NCBI GenBank assembly: GCA_021772535.1
Contig: JAJFLV010000114.1
Coordinates: forward strand, 22-64,021
Direction of reading: 5' to 3'
DNA: 64,000 nucleotides
From: Opitutales bacterium
GTDB taxonomy: Bacteria; Verrucomicrobiota; Verrucomicrobiia; Opitutales; UBA2987
The position numbers and the translations under genes were made by a program. This document shows, piece after piece, positions 15,916-25,821 of the stretch; the first letter of the stretch is position 1, and each line of letters begins with the position of its first letter. The notes under the pieces are model-generated. The model did not search any database, was not told the origin of the DNA, and worked only from the letters and a program-made list of their open reading frames with translations.

Positions 15916-16782
15916 ATGAAGGTTTTTCTGGACGGTAATTTAGTTGATGAGCGAGAGGCTCGGATATCTGTATTCGATCATGGGCTCCTTTATGGGGATG
16001 GGATTTTTGAAGGCATTCGTGTATATAACAAATGTGTATTCAAGCTGGAGGAGCACCTTGAGCGGCTGGAGAATTCAGCCAAGGCAATTCTTTTGGAGCT
16101 TCCCTGGAGTCGGCAGGAAATATCCCTAGCCGTTTGCGATACTTGCCGGGCCAACAATATTACGGATGGGTATGTGCGGCTGGTGGTGACCCGGGGCAGG
16201 GGAACCTTGGGGCTCAACCCGTATAAATGCAGCAACCCGCAGCTTATAGTGATCGCCGATACCATACAGCTTTATCCAGAGGAATATTATTCCGAGGGAT
16301 TGAAAATTATTACCGTGCCTACCAGGCGGATCGGGCCTGGGTCATTGCCTCCGACGATCAAATCCCTCAACTATTTGAATAACGTTTTGGCAAAAATAGA
16401 GGCAATCAATGCCGGTTTCATGGAAGCTATCATGTTGAACGACCAGGGTTTTGTTGGTGAATGCACCGGGGACAACCTGTTTATTGTACAAAAAGATATC
16501 CTTTTCACCCCTCCGTCTTCGGCTGGCGCCCTCCTTGGAATAACCCGGAAAGTTGTTCTGGATATGGCTCAGGCTATTGAAATCGAGGTGGTCGAATCCA
16601 ACCTTACCCGTTACGACCTCTGGGTGTCCGAAGAGTGTTTCCTTACCGGCACTGCGGCTGAAGTCGTGCCGGTCACGGAGATCGATGGGCGCAAGATTGG
16701 AAATGGAATGCCTGGACCCGTAACCAGAGGTTTTATGGAAACCTATAAAAAATTGGCCATTCGAGAGGGCACATTTCTTTAG
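15916..16782 (+). CDS. ilvE: Branched-chain amino acid aminotransferase (fold type IV)
   Basis: 288 aa. The N-terminus DEREARISVFDHGLLYGDGIFEGIRVYN and the overall length are typical of class IV IlvE. Confidence 0.85.
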   Translation: MKVFLDGNLVDEREARISVFDHGLLYGDGIFEGIRVYNKCVFKLEEHLERLENSAKAILLELPWSRQEISLAVCDTCRANNITDGYVRLVVTRGRGTLGLNPYKCSNPQLIVIADTIQLYPEEYYSEGLKIITVPTRRIGPGSLPPTIKSLNYLNNVLAKIEAINAGFMEAIMLNDQGFVGECTGDNLFIVQKDILFTPPSSAGALLGITRKVVLDMAQAIEIEVVESNLTRYDLWVSEECFLTGTAAEVVPVTEIDGRKIGNGMPGPVTRGFMETYKKLAIREGTFL

Positions 16783-16954
16783 GTGAGCGCATTTATGCCG
16801 ATGATTAAAAAGCGCTTGTTCCCAGCCATAGTCGGCGAAATATATTGGCCTGATTATTGCTCATGTATCGCAAGGAGAATTATTTCCGATCTTTCGTATT
16901 TTGTTTCATGACTTAAAGCTGTCATTCGTATATTATAGTATTAAAATTTTAATT

Positions 16955-17476
16955 ATGGGAGAGTTGATTCATTGTCAGGTATGCCAAGAGGCGGCGACGG
17001 TCCATCTTACCCAGATTGCCAACAATAAGATTCACAAGGTCCATCTTTGTGAAAATTGTGCGCAATCCAAAGGGATGACCGATCCGGACCTTTTTTCCCT
17101 GGAAGACCTTTTTTCACCAACTTCCGGTTTCGGTCTTGAAGAATCGACGGCAGATAATTCCATCGTATGCAAGCGTTGCGGTCTTTCCTCAAGGGACTTC
17201 AAACGCCATGGACGTTTTGGATGCCCGGATTGTTACGAATATCTTAATCCATTGATATTGCCTATGTTAGCGAATATGCACAAAAGCGATTCGCATAAGG
17301 GAAAAATCCCCCACCGTTCAATTGACAGTTTGCAGGTCAGCAAGCGTGTGCGAGATCTGGAGGAAGAATTAAGTACTGCCGTGAAAGAAGAACGTTACGA
17401 AGAAGCCGCCGCATATCGTGATGAAATCGAAAAATTGAAAGCATCTCCACAAAAGGGGCCAGACCACGAAGCATGA
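16955..17476 (+). CDS. mcsA: McsA-like protein (Cys-rich zinc-finger N-terminus plus UVR motif)
   Basis: It has CQVCQ...CENC and CKRCG...CPDC zinc-finger pairs and a C-terminal UVR motif (ERYEEAAAYRDEIEKL). The start was moved to MGELIHCQ. It is translationally coupled to mcsB. Confidence 0.8.
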   Translation: MGELIHCQVCQEAATVHLTQIANNKIHKVHLCENCAQSKGMTDPDLFSLEDLFSPTSGFGLEESTADNSIVCKRCGLSSRDFKRHGRFGCPDCYEYLNPLILPMLANMHKSDSHKGKIPHRSIDSLQVSKRVRDLEEELSTAVKEERYEEAAAYRDEIEKLKASPQKGPDHEA

Positions 17477-18552
17477 ACATAAACCAGCTAATTAAATTTC
17501 GGGGAAAGCTGACGGATGAAAAGGGGGATAGTTCCCCGGTGGTCATCAGCACAAGGGTGCGGCTTGCCCGCAACCTGGAAAAATATCCTTTTCCGGGGTG
17601 GGCCAAAAAGTCCCAAAAGAGGGAAATTCTGTCTTCCTGTCTCAATGCTGTGGGTAAACTGGCCGAAATGGAAAACGGGGCCTCCCTGGCTATTGAAGAA
17701 CTCGATGATCTGGAAAAACAAATTTTAATGGAAAGGCGGCTTATTAGCCGGGAGTTAATGGGCTGCAAGGAGGGCGCTGGAGTTTGCATCAGCAGGAACC
17801 AATCCCTCTCCGTCATGGTCAACGAAGAGGACCACCTGCGCATTCAGTTGGTTGAGGGAGGATTCCATTTCAATGACCTTTGGGATGTAGTCAATGCGGT
17901 GGACTCTAACCTGGAGAAGGAATTGATCTACGCTTTTTCCCGCGATCTGGGTTACTTGACTGCCTGTCCGACAAATGTGGGTACCGGGCTGCGCTGTTCC
18001 GCCATGATGCACCTTCCCGGGCTGGTTCTCTCCAATCAGATGGAGAAAGTAGTGAGGGCGGTCAATCAACTGGGTATAGCGGTGCGGGGACTCTTCGGGG
18101 AGGGTTCCGACGCCAGCGGCAGCATTTTTCAGATATCCAATCAGCAAACTCTCGGAGAAAGCGAAGAGGAAATCCTGACCAGATTGCAAAATGTTCTCAC
18201 TTCTCTTCTCGAACAGGAAAAGAATGCCCGATTGGTATTGTTGGAAAAAGAACCGTTAAAACTGTTCGATAAAATCGGTCGAGCCTTTGGTATTTTAAAC
18301 AACAGCCATTTACTCAGTTCAGCGGAAGCCATGAAGCTGCTATCTTTTCTCAGGCTGGCGACGGACCTGGAAATATTACCGGGAAAGTTTCGCAGAATGG
18401 TGGACAGAATTTTAATAGAGAGTCAACCAGGCCATATCCAGTATGCTTTCGGGGGGAAAGGCACACCGGCGGAACGGGATGAATACCGAGCCTGGTTTAT
18501 TCGGGAACAAATTTCAACTTTGCCAATTCTTAATTTTGACAAACTTAAATAA
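17473..18552 (+). CDS. mcsB: Protein arginine kinase
   Basis: 359 aa. It carries the guanido phosphotransferase signature CPTNVGTGLR and sits between mcsA and clpC. Confidence 0.88.
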   Translation: MNINQLIKFRGKLTDEKGDSSPVVISTRVRLARNLEKYPFPGWAKKSQKREILSSCLNAVGKLAEMENGASLAIEELDDLEKQILMERRLISRELMGCKEGAGVCISRNQSLSVMVNEEDHLRIQLVEGGFHFNDLWDVVNAVDSNLEKELIYAFSRDLGYLTACPTNVGTGLRCSAMMHLPGLVLSNQMEKVVRAVNQLGIAVRGLFGEGSDASGSIFQISNQQTLGESEEEILTRLQNVLTSLLEQEKNARLVLLEKEPLKLFDKIGRAFGILNNSHLLSSAEAMKLLSFLRLATDLEILPGKFRRMVDRILIESQPGHIQYAFGGKGTPAERDEYRAWFIREQISTLPILNFDKLK

Positions 18553-18575
18553 ATTTTTAATAACCAATAGCGATC

Positions 18576-21065
18576 ATGCCAATGGAACCGATGAATAATT
18601 TTACACCCAGAGCCCAGCAGGTGTTGGCCCTGGCTCGCAAAGAAGCGGACCGGTTCCATCATAATTATGTTGGAACCGAGCATCTTCTGCTCGGTTTGAT
18701 CAACCTGGGACAAGGCGTTGCAGTCAATGTCCTGCAAAAAATGGGGCTGGATCTGGAGACCGTCCGTTCGGCCGTGGAAAAACAAGTCGGCAAAGGACCC
18801 GAATCAAAACCGACAGGTAATATTCCCTACACGCCGAGGGTCAAAAAAGTGCTTGCCCTGGCCGGCAAGGAAGCCCGCGCCCTTAACCACAGCTATGTGG
18901 GGACCGAGCACATTCTTCTCGGTCTTTTGCGCGAAGGCGAGGGCGTGGCGGCCCGGGTCCTGAAAAGCCTCGATGTTGATATCGAGCGCTGCCGCAACGA
19001 AATTTTAAGCGAACTTGATCCCAATTTCTCTGGAGAACAGGAGGAGGCGGTTTCCTCTCCTACTGGAGGTGGCCCGGAGGAAAAAAAGGAGGTGAAAACC
19101 CCCGCATTGAAAGCCTTTGGGCGCGACTTGACCGAACTTGCCCGCAACAAAGAGCTCGATCCGGTCATCGGCCGCAAACAGGAAATACGCAGGGTCATCC
19201 AGATTCTCTGCCGCCGCACAAAAAACAACCCTGTGCTGATCGGAGAAGCCGGTGTCGGAAAAACCGCCATTGTGGAAGGATTGGCCCAGGAGATTTCCAA
19301 CGATATCGTTCCCGAAATACTGGCCGATAAGAGGGTAATCACTTTGGATCTGGCCCTTATGGTTGCCGGGACAAAATACCGTGGCCAGTTCGAGGAGCGC
19401 ATCAAAGCCGTCATGGACGAAATTCGACGGGCAAAAAATGTTATTATTTTCATAGACGAGTTGCACACCATAGTAGGGGCCGGTGCGGCTGAAGGAGCTA
19501 TGGATGCCTCCAATATTTTCAAACCTGCCTTGTCGCGCGGTGAGCTGCAATGCATCGGAGCCACCACCTTGGCCGAATACCGCAAACATATTGAAAAAGA
19601 CAGCGCACTAGATCGCAGATTCCAGAGCATCATGGTCGATGCCCCTTCGGTTGAAGATACCATTAAAATCCTTCACGGCATTCGCCACAAGTATGAGGAG
19701 CATCACAAGGTCAAATACACTGTCAAAGCTATCGAGTCGGCGGCCAAGTTATCCAATCGCTACGTCACCGGACGCTATCTTCCTGACAAAGCCATTGATG
19801 TGCTGGATGAATCCGGTGCACGGGCCCGTATCGACTCCCTCAACCGGCCCCCGGAAATCGAGGAAATGGGCCGCAAAGTAGAAGAGGTCTGCAAGCAGAA
19901 GGAAGAAGCCATCAGCAAACAGCATTTCGAGGAAGCGGCTAAATACCGCGACCGGGAAAAACAACTGCGGGCCAAGCGCGAAGCCAGCATTCAGGAATGG
20001 AAAAAAACCCGCGAGGAAATACCCATAACCGTTGACGAGGAGGAAATGCTGCAGATCGTTTCTGGTTGGACCGGCATTCCCCTCACCCGGATGGAGGAAA
20101 AGGAAACGGAAAAGCTCCTCAAGCTGGAAGCTGACCTGCAGCAATTTGTGATCGGGCAGGATGTCGCCACCGAGGTCATCAGTCGAGCCTTGCGGCGTTC
20201 CCGGGCCGATCTCAAAGATCCCCGTCGGCCCATTGGATCTTTTATGTTCCTCGGGCCCACCGGTGTGGGCAAGACCCACCTTGCCAAAGTTCTGGCTGAG
20301 AAAATTTTCGGCGCACAGGAGGCCATCGTGCAAGTGGATATGTCCGAATACATGGAGAAATTTTCAGTTTCACGTCTTATTGGCTCGCCACCAGGCTATG
20401 TAGGTTACGAAGAGGGCGGCCAGCTTACCGAAACCGTCCGGCGCAAACCCTATTGCGTAGTTCTTTTTGATGAAATTGAAAAAGCCCACCCCGATGTCAT
20501 CCAACTGCTTCTGCAAATTCTTGAGGATGGCCGTTTGACCGACAGCCTGGGGCGCACGGTTGATTTCCGAAACACCATCATCATCATGACCTCCAATGTG
20601 GGGGCGCAGATTTTACAGAAATCTCACTCCCTCGGATTCGCAGGTGGAGGGGATGATGAAGGTTCCTTTGAAAAGGTGAAGGAAAAGATCCTGGAAGAAT
20701 CCAAACGTATATTTAAACCTGAGTTTCTCAACCGTGTTAATGAGATTGTGGTATTTCGATCCCTGACCAAAAAACACCTTCTCAAGATCGTGGACCTTGA
20801 ATTGGGATATGTGTCGGAACGGCTGCATGAAAGAGAAATCATCTTTGAATTCACTGCGGAAGCGAAAAATTTTCTCATCGAAAACGGTTACGACCAAAAA
20901 TACGGGGCTCGTCCTTTGCGCAGGGCGGTGGAGCGCCACTTGGAAGATCCTCTGGCCGAGGCCATTCTGCGGGGGGATGTTAAGAAAGGCGAACCCATCC
21001 TTGTTGAGGTCGATGATGACCACCTCGTTTTCAACCAGGACCAAACCGCCTCAAAAGTGTCCTGA
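18576..21065 (+). CDS. clpC: ATP-dependent Clp protease ATP-binding subunit ClpC
   Basis: 829 aa. It has two Clp_N repeats, two Walker A motifs (GEAGVGKT and GPTGVGKT) and a UVR linker (FEEAAKYRDREKQL). Confidence 0.95.
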   Translation: MPMEPMNNFTPRAQQVLALARKEADRFHHNYVGTEHLLLGLINLGQGVAVNVLQKMGLDLETVRSAVEKQVGKGPESKPTGNIPYTPRVKKVLALAGKEARALNHSYVGTEHILLGLLREGEGVAARVLKSLDVDIERCRNEILSELDPNFSGEQEEAVSSPTGGGPEEKKEVKTPALKAFGRDLTELARNKELDPVIGRKQEIRRVIQILCRRTKNNPVLIGEAGVGKTAIVEGLAQEISNDIVPEILADKRVITLDLALMVAGTKYRGQFEERIKAVMDEIRRAKNVIIFIDELHTIVGAGAAEGAMDASNIFKPALSRGELQCIGATTLAEYRKHIEKDSALDRRFQSIMVDAPSVEDTIKILHGIRHKYEEHHKVKYTVKAIESAAKLSNRYVTGRYLPDKAIDVLDESGARARIDSLNRPPEIEEMGRKVEEVCKQKEEAISKQHFEEAAKYRDREKQLRAKREASIQEWKKTREEIPITVDEEEMLQIVSGWTGIPLTRMEEKETEKLLKLEADLQQFVIGQDVATEVISRALRRSRADLKDPRRPIGSFMFLGPTGVGKTHLAKVLAEKIFGAQEAIVQVDMSEYMEKFSVSRLIGSPPGYVGYEEGGQLTETVRRKPYCVVLFDEIEKAHPDVIQLLLQILEDGRLTDSLGRTVDFRNTIIIMTSNVGAQILQKSHSLGFAGGGDDEGSFEKVKEKILEESKRIFKPEFLNRVNEIVVFRSLTKKHLLKIVDLELGYVSERLHEREIIFEFTAEAKNFLIENGYDQKYGARPLRRAVERHLEDPLAEAILRGDVKKGEPILVEVDDDHLVFNQDQTASKVS

Positions 21066-21152
21066 AAGGACCCTGTTGAACGATCGATTTCCGCGGGCAG
21101 TGGCGGAACCCGGATATTCTAATCCTGTAGCACGGATCGGAAAGGATGTAGT

Positions 21153-22976
21153 TTGAAAGCGATGGATTTTAGGAATCGGTACGGTTCGCTAACATCGATT
21201 ACCACAACTTTGGTTCTTTTTGCTCTCTTGCCATTGTCTGGGACGGAATCTGTTCCCCCGGAACCCGATTACGGTTTCGTCAGTTCCTATGGGAAAGGTG
21301 TGGACCGCGTTGTCCACACGGGTGAAGAAAAGGGCTGGACGCGAGTTGCCCTGACTTTACGGCAGATTGCTCTGGACGCCTACCGCAATGCTGAAGAACC
21401 GGCTGAGCAGTGGTATTTCCTTTACCGCTGGTCTCGTCTGTTTGCAAAAAAAGAGGGCGATTTTATCAATTCCTGGATCGACCACATGAACCGCTCCCGC
21501 CTGGGCCATATTAACATGACTAAGGAATTTGTTTATGGGGACGGCGTTTTGGGAGACTTCCTTTCCCCAGAATTAAAAATTATCCTGTTAAAAGACCACA
21601 CATTTTCCAGGGAGTTTTTCGGCATCATCAATCCGGCCGATAATCTGCTGGAATCGTTCAGAATTCTGGAATTGCTTTACCGGGAATATCCGACTCATTT
21701 TAAAAAATACCTGCAACTGGCCGTGGCATTGTCTATTGTTTACGATGTGCCTCCCCCTCCAGGCTGGCCCCACTTTCAGGTTCCCGACTATGCTCTCCCG
21801 CGTCGTTTGCCTGATGTTGCTGCCGCTTTTGGATATTGGAAAAATTTGAATGAGAAACGTCGTTCCACTCACAATCTGACCCTTTTAACGATTGAAAAAT
21901 TGAAATTTCTGGTCGACACCCCAGCCAGTTTCCAGGAATTGCGCTGGGCCTCCGAAAATGTTAAGGAAAAGGCCGCCGATTTTACTCAAGTTTACAGTAG
22001 TGTTGCTTACCGCCGTGATCGCATCGCCCAAAACCGTTATGTTTGGAGCGGGCCTGACTACCGTTTGCCAACCATTCTCAAGAATGGGGGGATCTGTGTT
22101 GACCAGGCTTATTTCGCTTCCCAATCGGGCAAGGCCAAGGGCATTCCCACACTCATTTTCCGAGGGGCCGGAATGACTGGCCACCACGCCTGGTTTGGTT
22201 ATTTGAAACCTTCCGGCCAGTGGGAGTTTGATGCCGGCCGGTTTGGAGACAACCGCTATGTGACCGGTTATGCGCACGACCCTCAAACCTGGGGCGACAT
22301 CAGCGATCACGACCTGGCATTTCTTTCCGAGGGCTTTCGCCATACACATTATTACCACCAATCGGTCTTCCACAGTAGTTTCGCTTTTGAATTCCTGACC
22401 CTTTCCGATCTCAAGGCGGCCAGGCAAGCGGCAGAAAAAGCGCTCCGTTACGAACGGCGAAATCAGCAGGCATGGGAGATTCTGGTAGAGACAACCCGCC
22501 GCACCAGTGACGATCCCAAAGATGTTGAAAGTGTCCTCCGCCGGGCGGTGCGTGTTTTCGCTAAATATCCTGATCTCGAAACCTACTACCTGAACCGCGT
22601 GAACGAAAGCCTCGTGGCCCGGGGAGAGTTGAGCAGGGCAAGGCTCGAAAAGGGACACGTAGTCAGCAAAAACAAAGCCGAACGGACGGATCTCAGCATT
22701 CAGGGGGCCGCCCGGATTTTAGAGGAAAGCTTTCGCAGCGATCCTCTCCATGTGCAATTGCGCCAATTCCGCGTAATCCTCATTCAATTCAGTCAATCCG
22801 GCGGGATGGATTTTTTTGACCGCGTGGTAGTTCCTTTCGTCAACCAACTTGCCGCCAACGGCCACCGGCGGGAGGCCCGCAGCATGGCTGAGTTGGCCCG
22901 GCAAAGACTCAACCCTCCTGCTGACAGTATGCTGTCTCAAGCCTTGGAGAAACTGATCGCATCCCTTAAGTCTTGA
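21153..22976 (+). CDS. Transglutaminase-like cysteine protease domain protein with a helical-repeat C-terminus
   Basis: 607 aa with an N-terminal signal-like helix. A Cys core (GGICVDQAYF) is followed by HHAWFGY. The C-terminal region looks TPR-like. The start is TTG at 21153 or ATG at 21162. Confidence 0.55.
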   Translation: MKAMDFRNRYGSLTSITTTLVLFALLPLSGTESVPPEPDYGFVSSYGKGVDRVVHTGEEKGWTRVALTLRQIALDAYRNAEEPAEQWYFLYRWSRLFAKKEGDFINSWIDHMNRSRLGHINMTKEFVYGDGVLGDFLSPELKIILLKDHTFSREFFGIINPADNLLESFRILELLYREYPTHFKKYLQLAVALSIVYDVPPPPGWPHFQVPDYALPRRLPDVAAAFGYWKNLNEKRRSTHNLTLLTIEKLKFLVDTPASFQELRWASENVKEKAADFTQVYSSVAYRRDRIAQNRYVWSGPDYRLPTILKNGGICVDQAYFASQSGKAKGIPTLIFRGAGMTGHHAWFGYLKPSGQWEFDAGRFGDNRYVTGYAHDPQTWGDISDHDLAFLSEGFRHTHYYHQSVFHSSFAFEFLTLSDLKAARQAAEKALRYERRNQQAWEILVETTRRTSDDPKDVESVLRRAVRVFAKYPDLETYYLNRVNESLVARGELSRARLEKGHVVSKNKAERTDLSIQGAARILEESFRSDPLHVQLRQFRVILIQFSQSGGMDFFDRVVVPFVNQLAANGHRREARSMAELARQRLNPPADSMLSQALEKLIASLKS

Positions 22977-23060
22977 TTTTAAAGATGGGAGAGCGGACTT
23001 TAAGACTTGTCAATCAAGGGATAGATCTTAAATACCCGGTTTTCTTTTAGAATTATTATC

Positions 23061-23459
23061 ATGGAAAAAACACTTATAATTTTTAAACCGGATTGTATGC
23101 AGAAACGGTGTGCCGGAGAAGTTATACGCCGTTTCGAGGCAGAGGGCTTTTCCGTTTGTGACAGCAAGATGATGACATTGCCCCACGATCTATTGCGCGA
23201 GCATTACGCTCATTTAACCCATTTGCCCTTTTTTGGAGAAATTTTGGATTTTATGAGGTCCTGTCCAGTGCTATTGATGATTTTCGAGGGCGACAATATT
23301 GTGGATCGTGTTCGCGAACTCCTCGGGCCTACGGATTCCAATATAGCCCCAAAAGGCACCGTTCGGGGCGATTTGGGTACGGATAAAATGCGCAACATCG
23401 TTCACGCCTCCGACAGCAAAGAAAACGCCCTGGCGGAAATTAAACGGTTTTTCAACTGA
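23061..23459 (+). CDS. ndk: Nucleoside diphosphate kinase
   Basis: 132 aa. It contains LIIFKPD and the active-site region NIVHASDS. Confidence 0.92.
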   Translation: MEKTLIIFKPDCMQKRCAGEVIRRFEAEGFSVCDSKMMTLPHDLLREHYAHLTHLPFFGEILDFMRSCPVLLMIFEGDNIVDRVRELLGPTDSNIAPKGTVRGDLGTDKMRNIVHASDSKENALAEIKRFFN

Positions 23460-23961
23460 TTGCCTCTTCCGACTGTCCTATTTGGACCAGCAGGCAGACG
23501 GCCTGAGCGGCGATGCCCAAACCTTTTCCCAGATCGCCCAATTTTTCATGAGTCGTAGCCTTGATTCCAATGGATGATGGTGGCACTTTCATTGCAGCGG
23601 CCAGCTTTTCCTTCATTGCCGCTAAATAAGGTCCCATTTTGGGGGCTTCGGCGATTATCACCGAATCAACGTTGCTTAACGCAAAACCCAATCGGGCGGC
23701 TTCTCGGCATGCCCTTTTGAGAATTTCTTGAGAATCGAGGTCCTTGTATTTCAGGTCCGTATCAGGAAAATAATGGCCGATATCGGGAAGCCCGGCGGCG
23801 CCAAGGATGGCATCGGCGATGGCATGGGTGAGACAATCAGCATCGGAATGGCCTTTCAGTCCCTGCTCAAAGGGTATACGTACTCCGCCTAAGACAAGCG
23901 CACGACCGGCTGTCAACCGATGAACGTCGTAACCAATTCCTACTCGAAATGTTGCCGCCAT
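23452..23961 (-). CDS. ispF: 2-C-methyl-D-erythritol 2,4-cyclodiphosphate synthase
   Basis: 169 aa. It contains GIGYDVHRL and GHSDADCLTHAI, characteristic IspF motifs. Confidence 0.92.
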   Translation of the reverse strand: MAATFRVGIGYDVHRLTAGRALVLGGVRIPFEQGLKGHSDADCLTHAIADAILGAAGLPDIGHYFPDTDLKYKDLDSQEILKRACREAARLGFALSNVDSVIIAEAPKMGPYLAAMKEKLAAAMKVPPSSIGIKATTHEKLGDLGKGLGIAAQAVCLLVQIGQSEEAIS

Positions 23962-23966
23962 GAGAA

Positions 23967-24704
23967 CTACTTATATTCTACTCCCTCAGGTTTTGGAGCA
24001 TTGGCAAGGAAATGCTCAATAATGGCGATATCTTCTGGAACGGTCAATTTTGGATTTGGATAGGGCGTTTCCAGGAGGGTGACTCTATGCCCTGAATGAA
24101 GAACGGCGGAGGTGTCATCGGTTATGTTCCACCCTTCTTTTTGCGCTCGCCGGTAGGCATCGCAAATTAGGGTTCGTTCAAAAACCTGCGGAGTTTCCAT
24201 GGCCCACAATCGGGTTCGATCACAGTCTTTTAAGTTTAAAAGCCGCAAGTTTTCGGTCTCATTCTCCACTTCTTTTATCGTGTCCACCATGCGATGGGCC
24301 AGGCATACGGCCTTGTCTTTGGCTGCGATCTCGCTTAAATTCCGAATTGTAGAGAATCGAATCAGGGGTCTGGCGCAGTCGTGGATGAAAATACTTTGCA
24401 TGTTTTCAGGGATTGCCTCCAAGGCATTTGCTACCGAATCCTGCCTTCGTTTGCCGCCCTCGACCCACTTCACCAGCATGGTTTGCCGGTTTCGTAACGT
24501 CCCCATCATCATTTCAATATTTTTTCTTTGTTCCGAATTCCTCGTTACGATGGCGGCCATATTAACTGTGCCGCTTGCGATGAAAGATTCCAGTGAGTAG
24601 AGCATGGCAGGTTTTCCCAGCAGTGGAACCAGGGCCTTATCTTCCACATGGCCTTTCATTCGCATACTGCTTCCTGCGCATAACAATACCGCCGCGTTTT
24701 CCAT
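23967..24704 (-). CDS. ispD: 2-C-methyl-D-erythritol 4-phosphate cytidylyltransferase
   Basis: 245 aa. The N-terminus AVLLCAGSSMRM is the cytidylyltransferase P-loop-like motif. It lies directly upstream of ispF. Confidence 0.88.
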   Translation of the reverse strand: MENAAVLLCAGSSMRMKGHVEDKALVPLLGKPAMLYSLESFIASGTVNMAAIVTRNSEQRKNIEMMMGTLRNRQTMLVKWVEGGKRRQDSVANALEAIPENMQSIFIHDCARPLIRFSTIRNLSEIAAKDKAVCLAHRMVDTIKEVENETENLRLLNLKDCDRTRLWAMETPQVFERTLICDAYRRAQKEGWNITDDTSAVLHSGHRVTLLETPYPNPKLTVPEDIAIIEHFLANAPKPEGVEYK

Positions 24705-24827
24705 TTATACGGATGCTTTCTTTTTACAGGTTGAGGATATGGCGAATTTTCCCTTAATTGGCAGTATTTTTAAAGAAAACAATGGCCAATTTTCGCGATT
24801 CACGATTACAAGTAAGGAAGATTTCAG

Positions 24828-25733
24828 GTGAAAATGTCCATTCAAATACCGCCCAGCGCCGTTATATTTTGTCCCGCCAAGGTAAATCTTTTTCTGGCCA
24901 TTACCGGAATTCGTGAGGATGGCTTTCACAATCTGCTGTCAGTGGTCGCTCCGCTCGATTTTGGCGATCATTTATGGGTGGAACCGGGTGAGCCCGGAGA
25001 ACCGGACCACCTTGAATGTCAAAACCCGGAACTCGAAACAGGTCCCTCCAACCTCGTCCTGCGGGCTTCTTCCGCTTTTCGGAAGCATCGCGAATTACCC
25101 TTTGGCCTGCGTTATAGGCTGATCAAACGCATTCCCCTCGGATCCGGCCTGGGTGGTGGAAGCAGTAACGCTGCTTCTGTTTTGCGGTTGTTGAACTCGA
25201 TGGTCGACGACCCCTTGTCAATGAATGAATTGAAGGAGATTGCCGCCGAATTAGGATCTGACGTGCCCCTTTTTTTAATCAACCAGCCGGCAATCATGCG
25301 AGGTCGAGGCGAACAGATCGAACCATTGCCGCAATCTGCCGCCAATCGCTTGTCGGGGAGGCGGATTCTGTTGTTTAAGCCAGAATTTTCCATTGAAACC
25401 GCCTGGGCCTACGGATGTCTGGCGGCAAACCCACTCCAATATGCTTCCCCAGCCCATTGTGAAGAGAAACTAAACCAGTGGCTGCATTCAACGCAAACCA
25501 TCGAACAACTGCTCTTCAACAGTTTCGAGGCTCCGATTTTTCAAAAATTTCTCACTTATCCGACCCTCTTTGAAATTTTGAAAAAAAATGATGAGACTTC
25601 CCTCCTGTTGAGCGGCAGCGGGAGCGCCTGTTTTGCTCTGGTTATGGAAAAAAATGTGCCCGTGCCCTTAATCACAACAATTCGGGAAGCCTGGGGCGAA
25701 GAGGTGTTTATTGTTGAAAGCACAATCCTCTAG
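24828..25733 (+). CDS. ispE: 4-diphosphocytidyl-2-C-methyl-D-erythritol kinase
   Basis: 301 aa. It contains PAKVNLFL and the GHMP kinase motif IPLGSGLGGGSSNAA. Confidence 0.9.
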   Translation: MKMSIQIPPSAVIFCPAKVNLFLAITGIREDGFHNLLSVVAPLDFGDHLWVEPGEPGEPDHLECQNPELETGPSNLVLRASSAFRKHRELPFGLRYRLIKRIPLGSGLGGGSSNAASVLRLLNSMVDDPLSMNELKEIAAELGSDVPLFLINQPAIMRGRGEQIEPLPQSAANRLSGRRILLFKPEFSIETAWAYGCLAANPLQYASPAHCEEKLNQWLHSTQTIEQLLFNSFEAPIFQKFLTYPTLFEILKKNDETSLLLSGSGSACFALVMEKNVPVPLITTIREAWGEEVFIVESTIL

Positions 25734-25821
25734 CATTTAGAGTCTGAATGCCTTACATACTTGTGCCAGCGCCTGAGAGGTGCTAGGACCTTGTAAAGCA
25801 TCCTTTGATTCTTCTATCTTC

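Noticed and set aside
16783-16954. Searched for CtsR boxes (GGTCAAA repeats) or a CIRCE element upstream of mcsA.
   Set aside because: None found by eye, so no regulatory site is annotated there.
18893-20353. Several 120-256-aa minus-strand ORFs inside clpC. Similar cases are the plus-strand ORFs inside the tape-measure gene (for example 7971-8723) and the minus-strand ORFs inside the transglutaminase-like gene (21885-22658) and the TonB-receptor gene (57328-58020).
   Set aside because: All are antisense to genes with strong family motifs and have Ser/Arg/Pro-rich shadow-ORF composition.
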